DNA from: Brevundimonas sp. | GTDB lineage: Bacteria; Pseudomonadota; Alphaproteobacteria; Caulobacterales; Caulobacteraceae | Assembly: GCF_035561115.1 (NCBI RefSeq) | Contig: NZ_DATMYH010000035.1 | Location: forward strand, 208-64,207 | Direction: 5' to 3' | DNA: 64,000 nt | Shown here: in pieces, positions 60,772 to 64,000 of the stretch | Layout of the letters: every line of letters begins with the position of its first letter | Position numbering within the stretch: position 1 is the first letter of the stretch | Translations under genes and position numbers: made by a program | Notes under the pieces: model-generated | The model's database searches: none | Seen by the model: the letters and a program-made list of their open reading frames with translations, nothing else | What the model was told of the DNA's origin: nothing

Positions 60772-60853
60772 GACGCCTCCGGGCGTCATGCCCTTCCTGG
60801 GCGTTTCCTCCCTAAAGACTTTTATGCCGCGCCTTCGGGCGCGGCTTTTTTTT
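60772..60853 (+). ncRNA. alpha-r8 / suhB / MmgR / Sis family sRNA
   Basis: Core cccttcctgggcgtttcctccctaaagactt; 5' hairpin; terminator gccgcgcc-ttcg-ggcgcggc-T8; convergent with N-formylglutamate amidohydrolase next to cpdR and tRNA-Val, the context I recall for alpha-r8s1. Confidence 0.85.
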
Positions 60854-61709
60854 ACGCCTCGTCCAGCAAGGCGGCGATGACCCGCGCGACCCCTTTCCGG
60901 GTCCGGATCCAGCCGGCCGACGGCGCCCGGGCGGCCTCGTCGAAATACAGGGCGCGGTTCAACTCGATCTGGACAGCGTGAAATCCTTCGTGCGGCCGCC
61001 CCCAGGCCTGGGTCGTCCAGCCGCCGGCATAGGGCTGGTTCAGCGCCACCCGCCAGCCGAGCGTCTCGAACGCCCGCCGCAGACGCCGCGTCAAATCCGC
61101 CGAACACGACGAGCCGTGCCGGTCCCCCAGCACCACCTCGGGTCCGCGCGCCCCGCCTGCGGCCTGGGTCGCGCGCGCCGGCATCGAATGCCAGTCGACC
61201 AGCACCGCTTCGCCATGACGATCCCGCGCCGCCCGCATCTGTTCTCCCAGAGCCGCGTGATAGGGGGCGTGAACCCGCGCGATCCGTCCCCGGGCCTCCT
61301 TCAGACTCAGCCGACGCGCGTACAGCGGCCGTCCGTCCCCCGTCAGGCGAGGAATGACGCCGTAGCCCGCCGCAGTCCGCGGGGAACCCGTCCCCTGACC
61401 CGCTCCCTCGATCAGGGTTGGGTCCAGATCGCCGGGATCGCGGTTCAGATCGACGTAGGCCCGGCCCAGCCGTCCCAGCACCAGAGCCGCCCCGCCCGCG
61501 GCGCCCGGCGCGATCAGCTGGTCGACAAGGGCGTCCTCGGCGCTGCGCAGGCTGGCCTCGGGCAGGGACGGATCGCAGTTCATGTCCGCCGGATACACCC
61601 CGCCCGAGTGGGGCGAGGCGAAGACGAACCGCCCCGGCTCCGCGGCCTGCACGACGGCGAAACCCGCCGCGTCGTCCGTCCGATCCCCGCTGCCGTCCCC
61701 TGTATTCAT
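60852..61709 (-). CDS. N-formylglutamate amidohydrolase
   Basis: ASPHSG, RAYVDLNRD, GYGVIP, DWHSMP, VLGDRHG, NQPYAGG, AVQIELNRALY. Confidence 0.92.
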   Translation of the reverse strand: MNTGDGSGDRTDDAAGFAVVQAAEPGRFVFASPHSGGVYPADMNCDPSLPEASLRSAEDALVDQLIAPGAAGGAALVLGRLGRAYVDLNRDPGDLDPTLIEGAGQGTGSPRTAAGYGVIPRLTGDGRPLYARRLSLKEARGRIARVHAPYHAALGEQMRAARDRHGEAVLVDWHSMPARATQAAGGARGPEVVLGDRHGSSCSADLTRRLRRAFETLGWRVALNQPYAGGWTTQAWGRPHEGFHAVQIELNRALYFDEAARAPSAGWIRTRKGVARVIAALLDEA

Positions 61710-61835
61710 GCCGCAGCCATAGCCTGTTTCCGGGCTTCATCCACAGAGGATGGCGTCGGCATGCCGCTGATTTTCATGGCGGGTTTACCAGTGCGGGCCT
61801 AGCGTCACGGAAAGACGACCCGGGGCGAAAACCAT

Positions 61836-62192
61836 ATGGCGCGCATTCTTCTGGCCGAAGACGACCACTCCCTGCGTGGGTTCCTGACCCGCGCCCTGGA
61901 GCGGGCGGGCCATTCCGTGGTCGATTGCGAGAACGGCGACGACGCCATCGACGCCCTCGACCAAGGTCCGTGGGACCTGCTCCTGACCGATATCGTCATG
62001 CCCGGCGCCGACGGCATCGAGGTGGCGCGCGTCGCCGCTGCTCGCCAGCCGGGCATCCGCATCATGTTCATCACCGGCTTCGCCGCCGTGGCCCTCAGCG
62101 CCGCCCAGGCCAGTCCCCAGGCCAAGGTCCTGTCCAAGCCGGTGCACCTTCGCGACCTTGTCGGCGAAGTCGAGAGAATGGTCGCCGCTTAG
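61836..62192 (+). CDS. cpdR: Single-domain response regulator CpdR
   Basis: MARILLAEDD.SLRGFL.RALE.AG, LLLTDIVMPGADGIE, MFITGFAAV, VLSKPVHLRDLV.EVE. Confidence 0.95.
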   Translation: MARILLAEDDHSLRGFLTRALERAGHSVVDCENGDDAIDALDQGPWDLLLTDIVMPGADGIEVARVAAARQPGIRIMFITGFAAVALSAAQASPQAKVLSKPVHLRDLVGEVERMVAA

Positions 62193-62267
62193 AGGCTTGC
62201 GGTTTGTAAGGCCTGCGGGTTATAGACCGCGCCTTCCCGTTCCGGACCTGTCCGGAACCGTTACGGC

Positions 62268-62342
62268 GGACGCGTAGCTCAGCGGGAGAGCACTTCGTTG
62301 ACATCGAAGGGGTCACAGGTTCAATCCCTGTCGCGTCCACCA
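62268..62342 (+). tRNA. tRNA-Val(GAC)
   Basis: GGACGCGTAGCTCAGCGGGAGAGCA-CTTCG-TTGACAT-CGAAG...GGTTCAATCCCTGTCGCGTCCACCA. Confidence 0.97.
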
Positions 62343-62391
62343 TTCCTTTCAAAAGTTTAGCGGCGGTCCGGCCTGTTCGCCCATCCCGCGT

Positions 62392-62577
62392 TCACCGGCG
62401 TCCAGGCAGCGTCCGTTTGGGGGGCTCGCAAAGCCCCAGATCGGGATACGCGGCGTCAGGCTTCGCCCGTTCCTCGACTATCAACTGTTTGATCCGGGCC
62501 TGCTCGACCGGATCCGACGTGCCCTCAAGGACCTTACTGAACCGTTCGATATTCAGCTGGCGAAGATGGGGCTGCAT
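62392..62577 (-). CDS. Small hypothetical protein
   Basis: GGAGG SD before the ATG at 62577; NIERFSKVLEGTSDPVEQARIKQLIVEE helical hairpin. Confidence 0.55.
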   Translation of the reverse strand: MQPHLRQLNIERFSKVLEGTSDPVEQARIKQLIVEERAKPDAAYPDLGLCEPPKRTLPGRR

Positions 62578-62695
62578 GGCCGGCCCTCCAAACCGCAAGG
62601 ATGCTGCGTGTCACGCCGCAATGCCCGCGATCTTCACTTATACCAGTCAGTGCAAACAGCGGCGCCGCCAAGTTGTGCGGGGCGATTAATTCTTC

Positions 62696-62709
62696 GTGAT
62701 CCAGATCAA
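62696..62709 (+). promoter_or_regulatory. FixK/FNR box
   Basis: GTGAT-ccag-ATCAA (one mismatch to TTGAT-N4-ATCAA); TAGTCT -10 at 62731 gives class II spacing. Confidence 0.65.
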
Positions 62710-62785
62710 GGCGGACTATCGCCGCGCTCGTAGTCTCCTGCATCCGTCCGCCCGCCCCCCGGGCGGGGACAGAGGAGCAAGGACG

Positions 62786-63436
62786 ATGACCGACAAGACC
62801 CTGCAGACCCTCGTAGAGGACGAAATCCGGTGGGAGCCGAGCGTTGATTCCGCCAACATCGGCGTAGCCGTCGACGCGGGCGTTGTCCGGCTCAGCGGAT
62901 CGGTGCGCACCTATCCGGAGAAGGTCGCCGCCGAGAAGGCGGCCGAACGGGTCAAGGGCGTGCGCGGCGTCGCCCTCGACATCGACGTTCGGCCCTTCGG
63001 CGATACAGGCACGAGCGACGACGAGATCGCCAAGCGCGCGCTCAACACGCTCGCCTGGCATGCCATGCTGCCCAGGAACGCGCTGAAGGTCCGCGTCGAG
63101 GACGGTCGCGTCACGCTGTCCGGCGAGCTGGACTGGCAGTACCAGCGGGAGGCGGCGGAACGGGCGATTCAAAAGCTTTACGGCGTTCGCACCGTGTCCA
63201 ACCAGATTCTGCTTCGCCCCCAGGTGATGGCCGCCGACGTCAAGAGCCGCATCGAGGAGGCGCTGGGCCGGCAGGCGCGGATCGAAGCCGATGGCGTCCG
63301 TGTCTCGATCGACGGCGCCAATGTGAAGCTTGAGGGCAAGGTCGACACCTGGTCCGACCGCAACACGGTCGAACGGGCGGCCTGGGCGGCCCGGGGCGTG
63401 ACATCGGTCGAAGATCGGCTGGTCGTCGCGGCCTGA
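62786..63436 (+). CDS. Triple BON domain protein (OsmY-like)
   Basis: GAGGAG SD; repeated IGVAVDAGVVRLSG, LKVRVEDGRVTLSG and VRVSIDGANVKLEG units. Confidence 0.92.
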   Translation: MTDKTLQTLVEDEIRWEPSVDSANIGVAVDAGVVRLSGSVRTYPEKVAAEKAAERVKGVRGVALDIDVRPFGDTGTSDDEIAKRALNTLAWHAMLPRNALKVRVEDGRVTLSGELDWQYQREAAERAIQKLYGVRTVSNQILLRPQVMAADVKSRIEEALGRQARIEADGVRVSIDGANVKLEGKVDTWSDRNTVERAAWAARGVTSVEDRLVVAA

Positions 63437-63722
63437 CCCGACGCACGCCGTGCCGCCTGTCGCCGATCTCCGACAGGGCCGATGGGCTCCATCGCGGCAG
63501 GGAGCCCGTCACGGCCGGGGACGCGGAGGATGACCTGAGGCGCCGCCGTGGCCAGCTGCGAGATAGGTCCCTGCCCGATCCTGGCGGGTGACAGAATCGC
63601 CCTGCCGGCAGTCGCTGAAGGTATCGCGCTCACAGCTGCACAGCCGGGTCGAGGCCGATCCGACAAGATTTTCAAGTGGATTCGCTGGATAGTGATCGAG
63701 TTGGTCGCGTGTGCGCCTGCCC

Positions 63723-64000
63723 TCAAGCATTGGCCGCGAAGCTTCGATCCTCAAGGCCGCGCAGGGGCGTCACCACGTCGGCCAGCGGCGCTTCGGCATA
63801 GGGCCGCTTGGCCAGCAGGTCGCCGTAGACGTCCAGGTACCGCCGGGCCATGGCCGTGGCGGAGAAGCGCAGGTCGAAGCGGGCGCGGACGGCCTCCCGG
63901 TCCAGCAGATGCGCCCGCCCGGCCGCAGCCACCGCCTGTTCCAGGGTGTCGACGAGGAAGCCGGTCTCGCCGTCCTCGATGACCTCGGGGGCGGAGCCGC
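63723..64000 (-). CDS. Glycosyltransferase family 4 protein, C-terminal part (5' end outside window)
   Basis: GSAPEVIEDGETGFLVD...RFSATAMARRYLDVY, typical GT-B C-terminus. Confidence 0.8.
   Translation of the reverse strand, partial: GSAPEVIEDGETGFLVDTLEQAVAAAGRAHLLDREAVRARFDLRFSATAMARRYLDVYGDLLAKRPYAEAPLADVVTPLRGLEDRSFAANA

Noticed and set aside
63509-63754. 81-aa ORF between the BON and GT4 genes
   Set aside because: No SD, motif or codon bias; overlaps the GT4 3' end.

Overview
GC-rich alphaproteobacterial chromosome segment. The gene set (cpdR, chvIG-hprK-EIIA-HPr, regBA-senC, cobT) and intergenic repeats point to Caulobacteraceae, probably Brevundimonas. It holds about 60 CDSs, mostly housekeeping or uncharacterised: etfBA, ahcY, bioB, hisN, ibpA, gpmA, phosphomannomutase, phaZ, a class A PBP, hisS, hbd, trhO, gloA, dsbB, coq7 and ppa. 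There are also tRNA-Ala(CGC), tRNA-Val(GAC) and four large palindromic REP/RIME-like elements. No CRISPR array, transposase or integrase is visible. The best signals are non-coding. (1) An alpha-r8/suhB/MmgR-type sRNA at about 60772-60853 (+), whose promoter carries a TTGTGCA heptamer and a TGC-N3-GCA palindrome. (2) A second unannotated terminator-ended RNA at about 38778-38900 (-), whose loop-exposed GGGGAGGAAACGUCCG can form 16 contiguous base pairs with the seed of the first. Together they are a candidate CrfA-like sponge and target pair controlling carbon/PHB physiology. Other points: a SahR-like operator at ahcY, a sigma32 promoter plus ROSE thermometer at ibpA, a hairpin hiding the hisN start codon, tandem exported SAM-methyltransferase paralogs, a deaminase-only RibD paralog, a GANTC-rich 9-bp tandem repeat, and a probable island boundary at tRNA-Val with a FixK-box BON gene. 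All family assignments come from motif recognition and recall, not database searches.
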